Positions 12,051-23,881 of a stretch of DNA of 64,000 bases are shown here, in pieces. Every line of letters begins with the position of its first letter. Within the stretch, counting starts at the first letter, position 1. The position numbers and the translations under genes were made by a program. Source of the DNA: Octopus sinensis (Eukaryota). The notes under the pieces are model-generated. The model was not told the DNA's origin, made no database searches, and saw only the letters and a list, made by a program, of their open reading frames with translations. The DNA lies in assembly GCF_006345805.1 (NCBI RefSeq), contig NC_042999.1, forward strand, positions 157,046,001-157,110,000, in the 5' to 3' direction.

Positions 12051-12814
12051 GGGGGGGGGGGCCCTATCAAAAGCTTTCTGTAGGTCATCAAGGGCCACAG
12101 CATAGCAGACAACAGCAGCAAGAACAGTAATGGAGACAAGAATTATATCAAAAGAAAAATACTACAAACCTCCTAAAGACATGCCTGCTCCCTGACTCAC
12201 ACCACACAGACATGTCGTGTAGCAAAGTTGATGGGAGAACACTAAATGGCAAACAATAACAAAGGAAAAAAAAAGAAAAAGAAAAAATATGCCATCCAAA
12301 AAACTAAGAGATGTGAACAAATAAGGGAGGTGCCTTTAAGCAACAATATACCAATACCACACCCAAAAGCAGCTTCAGCAGCATTATCAACACCATCGTC
12401 TCCATTACCATTGTTATCTCAAACGCCATCACCACAAACACAAGAACAACTAAATTCACACAGACACGCCAACAGTGAGAATACATCTTCCAGCCCTAAG
12501 AATAAAAAGAATAAACACAAACAATTTTAATCTAATCGACCAGCAATGCCAAAACAAGCATCACACACAATAACTGCAACACATTAACAAATGGCATTGC
12601 AGCACGCATAAAAACCATTCTAATATTGCAACAATATTATAAAATAAACACCCTAAAGAAATAGCAAACTCTGGGGGAAATATAAGCAAAAACAGAAACA
12701 ATATAAAGAGCTGCTTGTGGAAACACTCACAGCTAGATGGAAGGAAAAAGCATTAGTCTCTACTGAAATAAAATGATTTGTTTTTGCTCATTTCCATTTT
12801 CTTTTGTTAAATAT

Positions 12815-13204
12815 GGTGATGGAAGCACTCCATCGGTTACAACGACGAGGGTTCCGGTTGATCCGAATCAACGGAACAGCCTGCTCGTGAAATTAACGTG
12901 TAAGTGGCTGAGCACTCCACAGACACGTGTACCCTTAACGTAGTTCTCGGGGATATTCAGCATAACACAGAGAGTGACAAGGCCGGCCCTTTGAAATACA
13001 GGTACAACAGAAACAGGAAGTAAGAGTGAGAGAAAGTTGTGGTGAAAGAGTACAGCAGGGATCACCACCATCCCCTGCCGGAGCCTCATGGAACTTTAGG
13101 TGTTTTCGCTCAATAAACACTCACAACGCCCGGTCTGGGAATCGAAACCGCGATCCTATGACCGCGAGTCCGCTGCCCTAACCACTGGGCCATTGCGCCT
13201 CCAC
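12815..13204 (-). mobile_element. tRNA-derived SINE family A, full copy
   Basis: Reverse complement of 3929-4313. 12-bp TSD TTTGTTAAATAT. Confidence 0.9.
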
Positions 13205-13216
13205 TTTGTTAAATAT

Positions 13217-13630
13217 ATCTATTCTCAGAATAAAAAATGTGACTGCATGTAGCCTGGGGTTACCTTGGAAGCAGAGCCACCTGCTCAATGACCTCAGGTC
13301 ACGAAGTATAGATGTGGTGACCATCAGCAAGATCAGAGTTTCTGATCCACAAGCCTTCAAACCAATTTCAATGGAAACGAAATTTACTTATCGCAAATCA
13401 ACCGAGATTGGGAGGCATAGCTACTGTTTGAATCTCACAATATGGATCATCTTCCTTGGACCCAGAAGGTACGTTGGTGGTCCTAGATGTGAGCAGTAGT
13501 GATTGGGGTGCCTTAAGACTAGTATCTATTTATGCTCCAACAAGAGCAGGACAACCCGATTTCTTCAGGCATCTGAAGATTTTTCTGAGAACATCCCACT
13601 CTTTAGTGCTAGTGACCATCTTGGGTGCAG
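13217..13630 (+). mobile_element. Tx1/L1-clade APE endonuclease fragment
   Basis: LLNDLRSRSIDVV and DPEGTLVVLDV..LRLVSIYAPTRAGQPDFFRHL are typical APE N-terminal motifs. Confidence 0.7.
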
Positions 13631-13649
13631 GTCTGAATTGTGTGAAGCT

Positions 13650-13811
13650 AACCGACACGTACAAAATTTCGTTTATAGCTTGGTGTATTAATCTGTGCTT
13701 CTTTCCTGACAAATTTGTGGTCTGGCAATGGAGACTTTTTTAGATGAATGGCTCTTTTCTCTCTCTTCTATTTTCCTTTTCCCCATGTCTGTTTGGTTCC
13801 AAATTCTTGTA
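13650..13811 (-). pseudogene. Inverted, diverged fragment of the host gene's large exon (matches about 18793-18960)
   Basis: Reverse complement ACAAGAATTTGGAACCAAACAGACATGGGG..CTCCATTGCCAGA..AAATTTGTCAGGAAAGAAGCACAGA.TAATACACCAAGCTAT aligns to exon A at roughly 85% with a 12-bp deletion. Confidence 0.85.
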
Positions 13812-13920
13812 CAAAAGCCTTGCAAAACAGAACAGAGTGGACTTAGGCAAACCACATCAGGTTCTCCAAATTGTATCTAGATTGAGTATTCTGAAAGGAT
13901 AGAATACCTCCAACACATAA

Positions 13921-14151
13921 TACCTTTTCTTTACTACCCACAAGGGGCTAAACACAGAGGGGACAAACAAGGACAGACAAAGGGATTAAGTTGATTATAT
14001 CGACCCCAGTGCGTAACTGGTACTTATTTAATTGACCTCGAAAGGATGAAAGGCAAAGTCGACCTCGGCGGAATTTGAACTCAGAACGCAGCGGCAGACA
14101 AAATACCGCTAAGAATTTCGCCCGGCGTGCTAACGTTTCTGCCAGCTCGCC
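13921..14151 (-). mobile_element. SINE family B, full copy
   Basis: Reverse complement of 8884-9150. Confidence 0.85.
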
Positions 14152-14571
14152 GTACTGCCCGACCTTCCTGTGTGCCCAGTTCCCATCTGACCTGATCAGA
14201 GCACCTGTTATTCTGCTTTTTGTGGAAAGGATGCATTCCATGGGTCAGTGCTCCATTATTTGCTGAGTGGATGACTGAGAAAGCTGTGACTGATAATGCA
14301 TAGATATGAGCTGAGGCTATGACATCTCCAGGAATTCCTTCTCCTGCCCCAGTGCAGTTTCCATCCTGTTTATACACCAGCCAAGCACAGATATACCTCA
14401 GCTGCTTCTACACTCATCAAACTCTTCAATCTGTCACTCCCCACGGGAATATATCTTGACATTTGGAGGCATGCTTCTGTGTGTCACACTCCAAAGAAAG
14501 GCAACACTCCAAGCCAGTACCATTGCTAGCATTTCCGAGATAATGGGGCAGAGATTAACAATAACATTCTT

Positions 14572-14670
14572 TATAAATTATTTACATTTGATGAGATATT
14601 TGTCCTCATCATGTTTGCTGTTAACAGGTCACTGCCTGGAATTGAACTTGGAATCTTGGGATTAGTAGCC
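14572..14670 (-). mobile_element. Inverted, internally deleted copy of the HHR-SINE (family H)
   Basis: Minus strand reads the 3' half of the tRNA-like head joined directly to the GTTAACA..GATGAGGACAAATA..TCAAATGTAAATAAT tail seen at 15195-15250. Confidence 0.75.
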
Positions 14671-14744
14671 CATTGACGTATGGTGTAGTGGTTAAGAGCA
14701 CAGGCTACTAACCCCAAGATTCTGAGTTCGATTCCAGGCAGTGA

Positions 14745-14813
<69 letters not shown>

Positions 14814-14832
14814 TAATAATAATAGTAATAAT

Positions 14833-15076
14833 CATCATCATCATCATCGTTTAACGTCCGCTTTCCATGCTAGCATGGGTTGGACGGTTCAACTGGGGTC
14901 TGGGAAGCCAGAAGGCTGCACCAGACCCAGTCTGATCTGGCAATATTTCTACAGCTGGATGCCCTTCCTAACACCAACCACTCCATGAGTGTAGTGGGTG
15001 CTTTTTATGTGCCACCGGCACAGGTGCCAGACGAGGCTGGCAATCAGCCACGATCGGATGGTGCTTTTTACGTGCC
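14833..15076 (-). mobile_element. RTE-tail-related short element (family D)
   Basis: CTGGATGCCCTTCCTAAC.CCAACC motif and (CAT)n end. Other copies at about 17300-17500, 28730-28915 and 39258-39497. Confidence 0.7.
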
Positions 15077-15151
15077 AATAATAATAATAATAATAATAAT
15101 AACATTAAAAAATACCTTAGGAATGAGAACCCAGGTTTGAAGTTTTCCCAA

Positions 15152-15197
15152 GACACCTGATGAAGGCTGGAGGGTATATCAGCCGAAATGTTGTGTT
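15152..15197 (+). ncRNA. Minimal type I hammerhead ribozyme motif
   Basis: Stem I GACAC/GTGTT. Core CTGATGA. Stem II GGCTG/CAGCC. GAAA. Minimal stem III A-TG-T, then U at H17. Confidence 0.7.
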
Positions 15198-15603
15198 AAC
15201 AACAAACAAGATGAGGACAAATAGCCGTCAAATGTAAATAATGTAAATAATGTACATAATTCCTCATCTCTTAAATATAGAAGTGAAGATTCGTTATCAT
15301 CTCTCACCCTCCCTCTTTCCTCCACCCATCATTTACCACCAGTACATTACCACACTTTCTGCCATCTGCTCTTCTTTACAAATTTTTTCATTGTATCTTC
15401 AAGCACAGTATCTCAATAGTGAACTTTACTAATTTTTTGGTCAATCCCTACCTCCAAATCACACTCCTTACACATCACATATTCTGTGGCCTTAAACCAA
15501 TGCAAGAAGTGTACTACTCACAGATATTGAGTGAGCCCTCCGTTGTAGGGGTCTAACTATTATCCCTTTTCCAAGAGAAGCTAAGTTAATTTGATATACA
15601 TGT

Positions 15604-15671
15604 CAATAAGGAATGTTCTTAATTAACAATAGGGAATGTTCTTAATTAACAATAGGGAATGTTCTTAATTA
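15604..15671. repeat. 23-bp tandem repeat, about 3 copies
   Basis: CAATAGGGAATGTTCTTAATTAA units. Confidence 0.85.
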
Positions 15672-15843
15672 GTGTACCACATTGTTCATGTAATTGTCTT
15701 TTGATTTTAGATGAAGTTGCTTATTTTGTTCATCATTGAGTTTAAGGATTGGTAATGCTGGTGGTTATATTGGTTTTGGTTTTGATGGTTGTTGTGCAGG
15801 CATTGATGATAGATAGGTAGTAAAGCGTAATTTATACAACAAG

Positions 15844-15883
<40 letters not shown>

Positions 15884-16008
15884 ACAAATATTAAATGAAA
15901 AATTCCACCTTACACACTGTAAATGCTTACAGTGATGCATACACATATGCATACAGACACTTAAACAAAAACTATTATTATGATATATATATATATATAT
16001 ATACATCA

Positions 16009-16177
16009 TAGGAGTGGCTGTGTGGTAAGAAAATTGCTTCAGAACCACATGGTTCCAGATTCAGTCCCACTGCGTGGCACCTTGGGCAGGTGTCTTCTAC
16101 TATAGCCTCGGGCCAACCAAAGCCTTGCAAGTGGATTTGGTAGACAGAAACTGAAAGAAGACTATAGTATGTATATG

Positions 16178-16226
<49 letters not shown>

Positions 16227-16860
16227 GTATGTATGTATGTATGTATGTATGTATGTATGTATGTATGTATGTATGTATGTGTTAGTGGGTTTATGTCCCC
16301 CATAACTTAGCAGTTCAGCAAAAGAGACTGATGTATGTATCTATGTACCATGATGATAGTTTTTCAAATTCTTAGCTACTTTGATCTTAGCTAAAATGCC
16401 AAGAAGCAGTCCTTAGGCTAAGAAGAAAGTGTACTTTTTAAATTCTTAAAATTCATTTGAGTGTCCATAAGGGAAAAATTGGTACCATGCTTTACAATAG
16501 CCTTAGGCACAAAATCTCATAATCTGACGTAGACATAATGCCAGGATACTTGTACTTAAAGGATTATGAGACAATGAGAAAGCTTTATATGTTGTAAAAA
16601 AGACTCATTATTACATAAAAAGGATAATACTCTTTACTCTTTTACTCTTTTACTTGTTTCAGTTATTGACTGAGGCCGTGCTGGAGCACTGCCTTTAGTC
16701 GAGCAAATCGACCCCAGGACTTATTCTTTGTAAGCTTAGTACTTATTCTATCGGTCTCTTTTGCCGAACCGCTAAGTTACGGGGATGCAAACACACCAGT
16801 ATCGGTTGTCAAGCGATGTTGGGGGGACAAACACAGACGCACAAATATACACACACACAC

Positions 16861-16909
<49 letters not shown>

Positions 16910-17074
16910 TACGACGGGATTCTTTCAGTTTCCGTCTACCAAATCCACTCACAAGGCTTTGGTTGGCCCAAGGCTGTAGTAGAAGACTCTTGCCCAAGGT
17001 GCCACACAGTGGGACTGAACCCAGAGCCATGTGGTTGGTAAGCATGCTACTTACCACACAGCCACTCCTATGCC
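16009..17074. mobile_element. Two tRNA-derived SINE family C copies (16009-16332 +, 16629-17074 -)
   Basis: GGAGTGGCTGTGTGGTAAG..GGTTCAGTCCCACTGCGTGGCACCTTGGGCAAGTG head, central (TA/TG)n and (TAAAAGAG)n tail. Confidence 0.85.
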
Positions 17075-17499
17075 TATAATGCAGATAAGTTCTCATTTTT
17101 GTTCACTCTTGTTGTTAGGCTACTATATTGTCTTATTGTTGGCAATATTGATGTTGTTGTTGTCATTGTTAATGTTATCATTGTGTGACCCACTTTTAGA
17201 AAAATGGATGAGTTTGATTGTTTAATAGCAATATAGTACTGTTTCATTTTCAATCTGAATAAATGACTCAGATTGGAGATATGAAAATTATATGAAACTA
17301 TATGGGAAGCCAGAAGGCTGCACCAGGCTCTAGTCTTATCTGGCAACGTTTCTACTGCTGGATGCCCTTCCTAACGCCAACCACTCCGTGAGTGTAGTGG
17401 GTGCTTTTTATGTGCCACCTGCACTGGTGCCAGGCGAGGCTGGCATCGGCCACGGTCGGATTGGTGCATTTTATGGAAGCCAGTCGAGGCGGCACTGGT

Positions 17500-17638
17500 A
17501 TATATATATATATATATATATATGTATGAAAATATATGAAAATATATGAAAATTGTATGAAAATTATATATATATATATATATATATGAAAATATATGAA
17601 AATTATATGAAAATATATGAAAATATATGAAAATTATA

Positions 17639-17682
<44 letters not shown>

Positions 17683-17715
17683 ATATATGAAAATTATATG
17701 AAAATTATATGAAAA
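17500..17715. repeat. AT-only minisatellite (ATATGAAAAT[T/A]AT)n
   Basis: Direct reading. It ends about 55 bp upstream of the exon A acceptor. Confidence 0.85.
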
Positions 17716-17769
17716 TAATAATACTCATACATCAGACATGCTATAATTTTATCCTTTTTCTTTCTCAAG

Positions 17770-19698
17770 ATACATCATGTGAAATTGAAAGAACACCAGC
17801 TGAAGGCAAAGAGTATGATAAAGTACGAAGTTCTGATGCATATTGGCAGTCATGGTTAAGTCCTGAAGGAGTTGTCTGGTATCCAGGTCATGTTGACTAT
17901 CGTAAAAATGGAGAAGTTGATAGTCGCTACGTTGATGAAACAGCTGAGCCCGATGGTTCCCATCCCGACTCTCGTAGGTACTATACAATTGAAAAAGAAC
18001 CCCAATTTTTGAGTGAATATAAGCAACAGAATGCAGCACAAACTGGTTTGCAGGAATCAGATAAAAGTCAATATGTACCTCCACATTATGGTTATGAAAC
18101 AGACAGAGAATATTCGAGGGTTGAAAACCAACAAAACACTAATTATGGACAAAATCAGTATTATCCTGTTCTGAATCGAGACCCATCTGGTCAAATACAT
18201 TATGGTGATTATTTTCTCAATGGGCAACGTGTGCCAAAGCATCCAGACTCTGATCTCGGTCGCTTTGATCATACAGAAAGAGATAAATTTATTCCTAATT
18301 ACAATGGAGACATACAATACATTCCTGGAGCTCCAAGTAGGTTAAAACAAGGTAACCACTATGAAACGGACCATAATGGTGCTGCTATGGTGGAACAGGA
18401 AGAACGTTATCAATTTCCAGATTCACGTTACCCTCATTCTCAGCTGCCAGCTTATGAAACTGAGAACGGTTATCATGGTTCTCACCACCAGGTTCCACCT
18501 GGAGAAGGTTATTTGCCATACGGACAAGATTATTACTATGTAAACAGTCATCACTATAACACAAAAGATGGTGAAAGTTCTATACAGGAAACTCCGAATG
18601 GTCAGTATCCATCTGAAATTGAAAAACACATAGGTAACCAACCAGGTAATTTCTATGGACATTTCATACATGCTGGAGAAGATGCTCTTCCAGTTCCGAA
18701 TAAAGAAGTTGATCATCCAACAACGGAAAGAGAACGAGAAATCTTACCAACTGAAGTTACTGGAAACAGAACCGTGAATACTTCTCAGCCGAACAAGAAT
18801 TTGAAACCATACAGACATGGGGAAGAGGAAAATAGAAGAACTCCAGAAGAGAGAGAAAGGAGTCAGTCATCGAAAAAATCTCCATTGCCAGATGACAAAT
18901 TTGTCAGGAAAGAAGCACAGACTAATACACCAAGCTATGAACAAGATGGACGTAATGAAAGCTCGTCCACACGACAGCAACTCAAAGTAACGAAAAAACT
19001 TGATATTTTTCCACCAACTCAGCAAGTCATAACCTCCCAAGACAAGTATCCAAATTCTAGGCATATAAAAGACAAATTTAGAAACAGGGATAAAAGCAAG
19101 GAAACTGCTGCAAAGGAAAGACTAGTAACTGTGCCAACAGTTGATATAAAGTTCAAAATGTTTCAACCTGATGTTAGTAACAAAGAAGAAATACAACACA
19201 TTCACAATGAAACTCATGACCACAACAGCAGAAATAGTGGGCATAACAGTAGGTTTCAACATAATGAACAGCAGAACCATCATCATCACCGAAATAGCAC
19301 ACAGCATACCAATTACCATCACGGTAGAAGGAGAAAAACATCCAATCGAGGTACAGATAATTCCCACAGTATTAATCAAAGACGTAAAGGGCATCAACCG
19401 CATTTTAAAAGGCCTTCTATTCGGCAACATACCCGGCCATCACTGCAAAAGGAGGATAGTACATCTGTTCGACAAGTAACTGATGACAGGACAGCTACTT
19501 TTCACCTTGGAAATGGCAATCGCAATTCCAACACTGGTAGTCACATTAACCAACATTATGATCAAAGAAACCAACAACATTTAACAGATGCTAACCATAG
19601 ACAGTTATCGAACCCAAATCTTTTTGTTCGTACTTATGATAGATATGCTCCTTTTGAAAGCTCGAGTGAATTTAGTGCTTTGAAGGATAGGAAACAAA
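17770..19698 (+). CDS. Host gene exon A (1929 bp, phase 1-1): low-complexity Y/G/H/Q/N/R-rich region of an uncharacterised protein
   Basis: Stop-free 2-kb ORF in AT-rich DNA. Acceptor TTTTTCTTTCTCAAG| (17769) and donor CAAA|GTAAGT (19699). Length divisible by 3. Confidence 0.9.
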
Positions 19699-19780
19699 GT
19701 AAGTGTGTCTTTTTCTAATTGTTTTACTTTACATTTTTCTTTTCCCAGTTTTTCATTTTCTCATTTGCTCTTAAATAATC

Positions 19781-20052
19781 GGAGATGTACCTGCATAGCA
19801 AGTGATTTGATCTGAGATCGTGTGCTGGAACAAAAACAATTGCAGCGTGGAAGGTGTTTGTAAGCCATTTAAGAAACACACAAAAGCCGTTTGATTCACT
19901 TCAACATGCAGCACGGATTTTTGTCAGTGAACAGGTCGCGGTCTTAAAGCGACGAAAATATTTTGACAAATTAAACTTAAATGTTGAAGTGAATCGAACG
20001 GCTTTTGTGTGTTTCTTAAATGGCTTACAAATACCTTCCACGCTGCAATTGT
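19781..20052. mobile_element. 272-bp insertion with a 72-bp internal inverted repeat
   Basis: Flanked by direct repeat CTTAAATAATC (19770-19780, 20053-20063). Arms at 19836-19907 and 19981-20052. Confidence 0.8.
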
Positions 20053-20550
20053 CTTAAATAATCCACAATTACAAAACATTGACAAACACATGTGATGTGC
20101 ACATACATGCACACAGTCATACTCACTCCCAGTATAGAGACAAACAGACAGACAGATAGATAAGTCAGTAGGTAGGCATTTTTAAGTTTAGTATCCTAAT
20201 TTCACTGTTTCAGTAATAAATGTGGTGTTATGACTACACTGTTTTGAATGAATGAATAAGTAAAAGTTACTCTAGGATACAAATATGTGAACTCAAGGAG
20301 TTTTGGAGACAAAATTCATGGAAAAGAAGTCAGTTTTTCCATAGTTTACCATAATCAGCTTGACCAAAACTGAGGCTATAACCTCTCCAAATTACCCTTC
20401 TTTGAATTTAGGCAAATCAAAAAAGTTGATCACTGAGTTTCCTTCACACAATAGGTATTAAGAAGTGATACATTTATTATACTATGCAGTTATCAGAAGA
20501 ATTTTTGATTTTCAGTAAGTTTGTCAAAACACATAGACACAGCCGTATAT

Positions 20551-20975
20551 AGGCGTAGGAGTGGCTGTGTGGTAAGTAGCTTGCTAACCAACCATATGGT
20601 TCCAGGTTCAGTCCCACTGCGTGGCACCTTGAGCAAGTGTCTTCTGCTATAGCCCCGGGCCGACCAATGCCTTGTGAGTGGATTTTGGTCAACAGAAACT
20701 GAAAGAAGCCTATCGTATATATGTATATATATATATATGTGTGTATGTGTGTGTGTTTGTGTGTGTGTGTTTGTCCCCCTAGCATTGCTTGACAACCGAT
20801 GCTGGTGTGTTTACGTCCCCGTCACTTAGCGGTTCGGCAAAAAGAAACCGATAGAATAAGTACTGGGCTTACAAAGAATAAGTCCCGGGGTCGATTTGCT
20901 CGACTAAAGGCAGTGCTCCAGCATGGCCGCAGTCAAATGACTGAAACAAGTAAAAGAATAAAAGAATAAAAAGAA
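20551..20975 (+). mobile_element. SINE family C, full copy
   Basis: Matches the family C head, core and tail. Confidence 0.9.
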
Positions 20976-21940
20976 CAGCCATTTCCCAAAAGTCTTTGTT
21001 TACATTTACTGAATGAAATTAGTTTTCTTGTTTTTTTTCTCTGAATTGCAGAACCAGAGAGAAACAAGGTTGGGGGGGGGGCTAAAGTGAGGAGGACGGA
21101 TGGTAAAATTCTATAAGAGTGAATATATGTGAATTCTAATAGAGTTGGTGAGAGAATTAAGTGTGGAGTGTAAAGGTAGGGCAATGAGTAAAAGAATAAC
21201 TGCAGGAAAAATATGCACAGGAGGAGGAAGTAAATATGGTGAGAGGAAAGTAATGAATGAACTTTAAGGAGTAATAAGAATTAAAAGAAAAAACAAAATT
21301 TTAAAGAAGTCAGGCAAGTGTAATGGAATAACATGGAGGGTGGGGGGAATCAAAGAGTCGAAATAATGAAAATAAAGTAGTGAACAATGTGCATTAACTG
21401 CAATGTGTAACAGCATAGCTTATGTAGTATATATAGTACATGTAGTGTATATACAGTCAATATGTTCAATAAATGCACAAACTGTACATAACAATAAGAC
21501 AGAACAGTAAGCTTGTATGTACAAACAAACACCAGTGTAAAATAATCTTTTAATAGGACAGTAACTTAGTACATTGTGACACACATAGTGTATTCAGTAT
21601 TGTGTACAGTAGATGCAAAAAAACAACACATGAATATGACCTAGAAGTATATGTAAGGCATGGCTGATAAGAAGTTTGCTTCCCAACCACATTCAGCAAA
21701 TGCTCGCACAATTTGTCTCCCTAACAGTGTTGTTTTGCCCAAGTACAATGCATCATAATATTTACAATCTTTGCAGTAGGTTAGAAAGTTGTGTGGCAAC
21801 TGAAAGTACAACCAAAATAACAAGTTAACATTTAGAAGTAACAGACTAGGTATGTTTAGTGATGAGGAAATTACTGACAAAAAGCTACGTAGATTTTTAT
21901 TCTCTATCACTGCTGCATAGGTGAATAATATATCTATATA

Positions 21941-23168
21941 TATGGGATGTTAATTAAAGATTTCCTCTGACCCACTTCCAGTTATTGCAGGAAGTGAAAC
22001 TTGTACAGGTATAATCATACATGTCTCTACATGTCACATTGTGAATTGCAGCTTTCCACTAGTATTCGTTTGTCTGAAGTGGACTGAGGTGTTATAATGG
22101 AAGCAGCTGAATGCAGATCAGTGAGACTTTCAATGAGATGATAGAAGTTTTTGGTGATGATGCACCATCATACGACATAGTCAAGCACTGGCATTATCAG
22201 TCCGAATGTGGTTGGACATAGGTGGAAACTGCTCCTATTCCTGGACGACCACATTCTGCCAGTGATGATGACACCATCCATAAAATGGAAGTTGCCATTT
22301 TGGAGGACTGCTGCATAACTATTCAGCAACTAGTCCAAGAAGTGAAGATAAGTGTAGGGTCCATGGAAAAAAATCGTTCACAATCATTTGCACATGTGGA
22401 AGTTGTCTGCACAATAGATTCCCTAGATGCTCACACCTTTTCAGAAGCAAGAATGAGTCAATTGCTCCCAGGCTCTTTTGACACTATGCCAAGAAAGTGA
22501 GGACTTTTTTGCCAGACTTATCACACAGGATGAAACATGGGTCCATCACTATGATCCTGAGACTAAAGTCCAGTTGAAGCAATGGAAGCATGATAACTCA
22601 CCACCTCCAAAGAAGGCTTGTGTCCAACCTTCAGCAGGGCAGGTGATGCTCGCAGTCTTTTGGGGCCAGCGTGGAGTAGTGATGATGGATTTGCTGGTAA
22701 AGGGTACCACAATTAACAGGGCATATGTTTCTCTGCTGCAGAAATTGCAGGACACCATCGAAGCAGAGAGAGATGGCATGTTGACCAAAGGAGCCCATCT
22801 CCTCCAATACAACACTCCAGTTCACAATGCGCATGTTGCCCAGATGAAAGGACACTCCTGCAGCTATGAAATCCTTCCTCATCCCCCTTACTCTCCCAAC
22901 TTTGTATCATCTGACTTCCACCTCTTTCCAACCATGGAGCCTTTTTTGAAGGGGGAAGCACTTTATGGATGATGATGAACTTATTTCTAGCTCCATCCAC
23001 AACCTACCAACTTCTACAGATGAGGTCTTCACAGCTGCATAAAGCGATGGGAGAAGTGTGTCATCATTGGTGGTGGCTATGTATAGAAGGACTAATAATT
23101 ATGCCAAGTTTTGTTTATTCCAGTCCTTAGGAAGTGAGTCAGGAGAAATCTTTAATGAACACCCCTTG
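21941..23168 (+). mobile_element. Degenerate mariner (Tc1/mariner) transposon
   Basis: TA TSDs and about 40-bp imperfect TIRs (..GTT[A/C]ATTAAAGATTT..). Transposase motifs ITQDETWVHHYDPE and HPPYSPNFVSSDFHLF. Second catalytic D mutated (LQYNT). Frameshifts present. Confidence 0.9.
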
Positions 23169-23712
23169 TACATGAAAATTATACATCATGTACAATTTTT
23201 CTTTAATTTTCAAACTAAAACGAATAAGAAGGGTTGATATTTATTTCCAACCTCTGAAGCTCTAAATTTATAGGAAACAAATACTTCTCTAGAAGGAATA
23301 AACCTTATTTTAAGTAAGAGTATAAATGATTATCTCATCACAACTTCAACAAGTACAGTGAGATCTTTGCTTTGCTGAAGTGGATATATAAGATAGAAAC
23401 ATGTATGGAAATGCATCCCTGTAAAATCTGGAAATAGTATTAAGCATGAATTTTATTTTCCCTCAATGCATAATTATGTTTCATGCTTCTTGTAACACAG
23501 TACAATACAAATTACAGCATCATTAAAAGTAGACAACAGAAATTCCTCTTCTTATCAATAAAATAGATATATTTGCAGGTTGAGTCTCCAGGAAAATTTG
23601 CCAATTGAAATGATAGATGCCTCTTAATTTGTTCTTCCAATTCTTTTTATTCCTTTTATGATATATTTTATGATAATATAGCAGAGATTCTTGAAATTTT
23701 CTTTTGCAAAAG

Positions 23713-23881
23713 CCCGTCGCAAGCAACACAATCCTCATAGGAGCTTTGATAATCACCATGAACATAACTCTAGAAGAAAGCAGACTCATAACCGGGAGCA
23801 GGGCAAGTCAGTACCTGGTATTGCTCAACGGAATACTTGTCCTTCTGTGTCTCAGTGCCGCTGCTGCCGATGGAGTACTCA
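23713..23881 (+). CDS. Host gene exon B (169 bp, phase 1-2): basic linker and start of the Cys-rich module
   Basis: Acceptor TTTTCTTTTGCAAAAG| and donor CTCA|GTAAGT. RRKQHNPHR..RNTCPSVSQCRCCRWST continues exon A composition and frame. Confidence 0.75.

Larger units (their letters stand above)
14676..15282 (+). mobile_element. tRNA-headed SINE with (AAT)n spacer and hammerhead-containing tail (family H), interrupted by a family D insert
   Basis: A box TGGTGTAGTGG and B box GTTCGATTCC (14676-14748). (AAT)n on both sides of the 14833-15076 insert. Tail 15107-15282 is repeated at 52588-52735. Confidence 0.7.

Noticed and set aside
15711-15816. Signal-peptide-like ORFs (MKLLILFII.. and MLVVILVLVLMVVVQA..) after an acceptor, as a possible first coding exon
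   Set aside because: Available donors are phase 2 while exon A needs phase 1, and the hydrophobic reading may come from GTT/GGT low-complexity DNA. Unresolved without RNA-seq.
17709-17769. N-terminal MKIIILIHQ.. of the 669-aa ORF, and its last codons (SKCVFF) after 19698
   Set aside because: These lie in the pyrimidine tract and past the GTAAGT donor, so they are intronic read-through.
17770-18700. Reflectin-like composition (Y, G, H, N, D, R rich)
   Set aside because: Lacks the Met-rich (M/F)D-x5 reflectin motifs, is nearly Met-free, and is spliced to a Cys-rich domain.
21052-21086. Good acceptor (TTTTCTCTGAATTGCAG) with nearby GT donors
   Set aside because: Both candidate donors end in phase 0, which is incompatible with exon B (phase 1).
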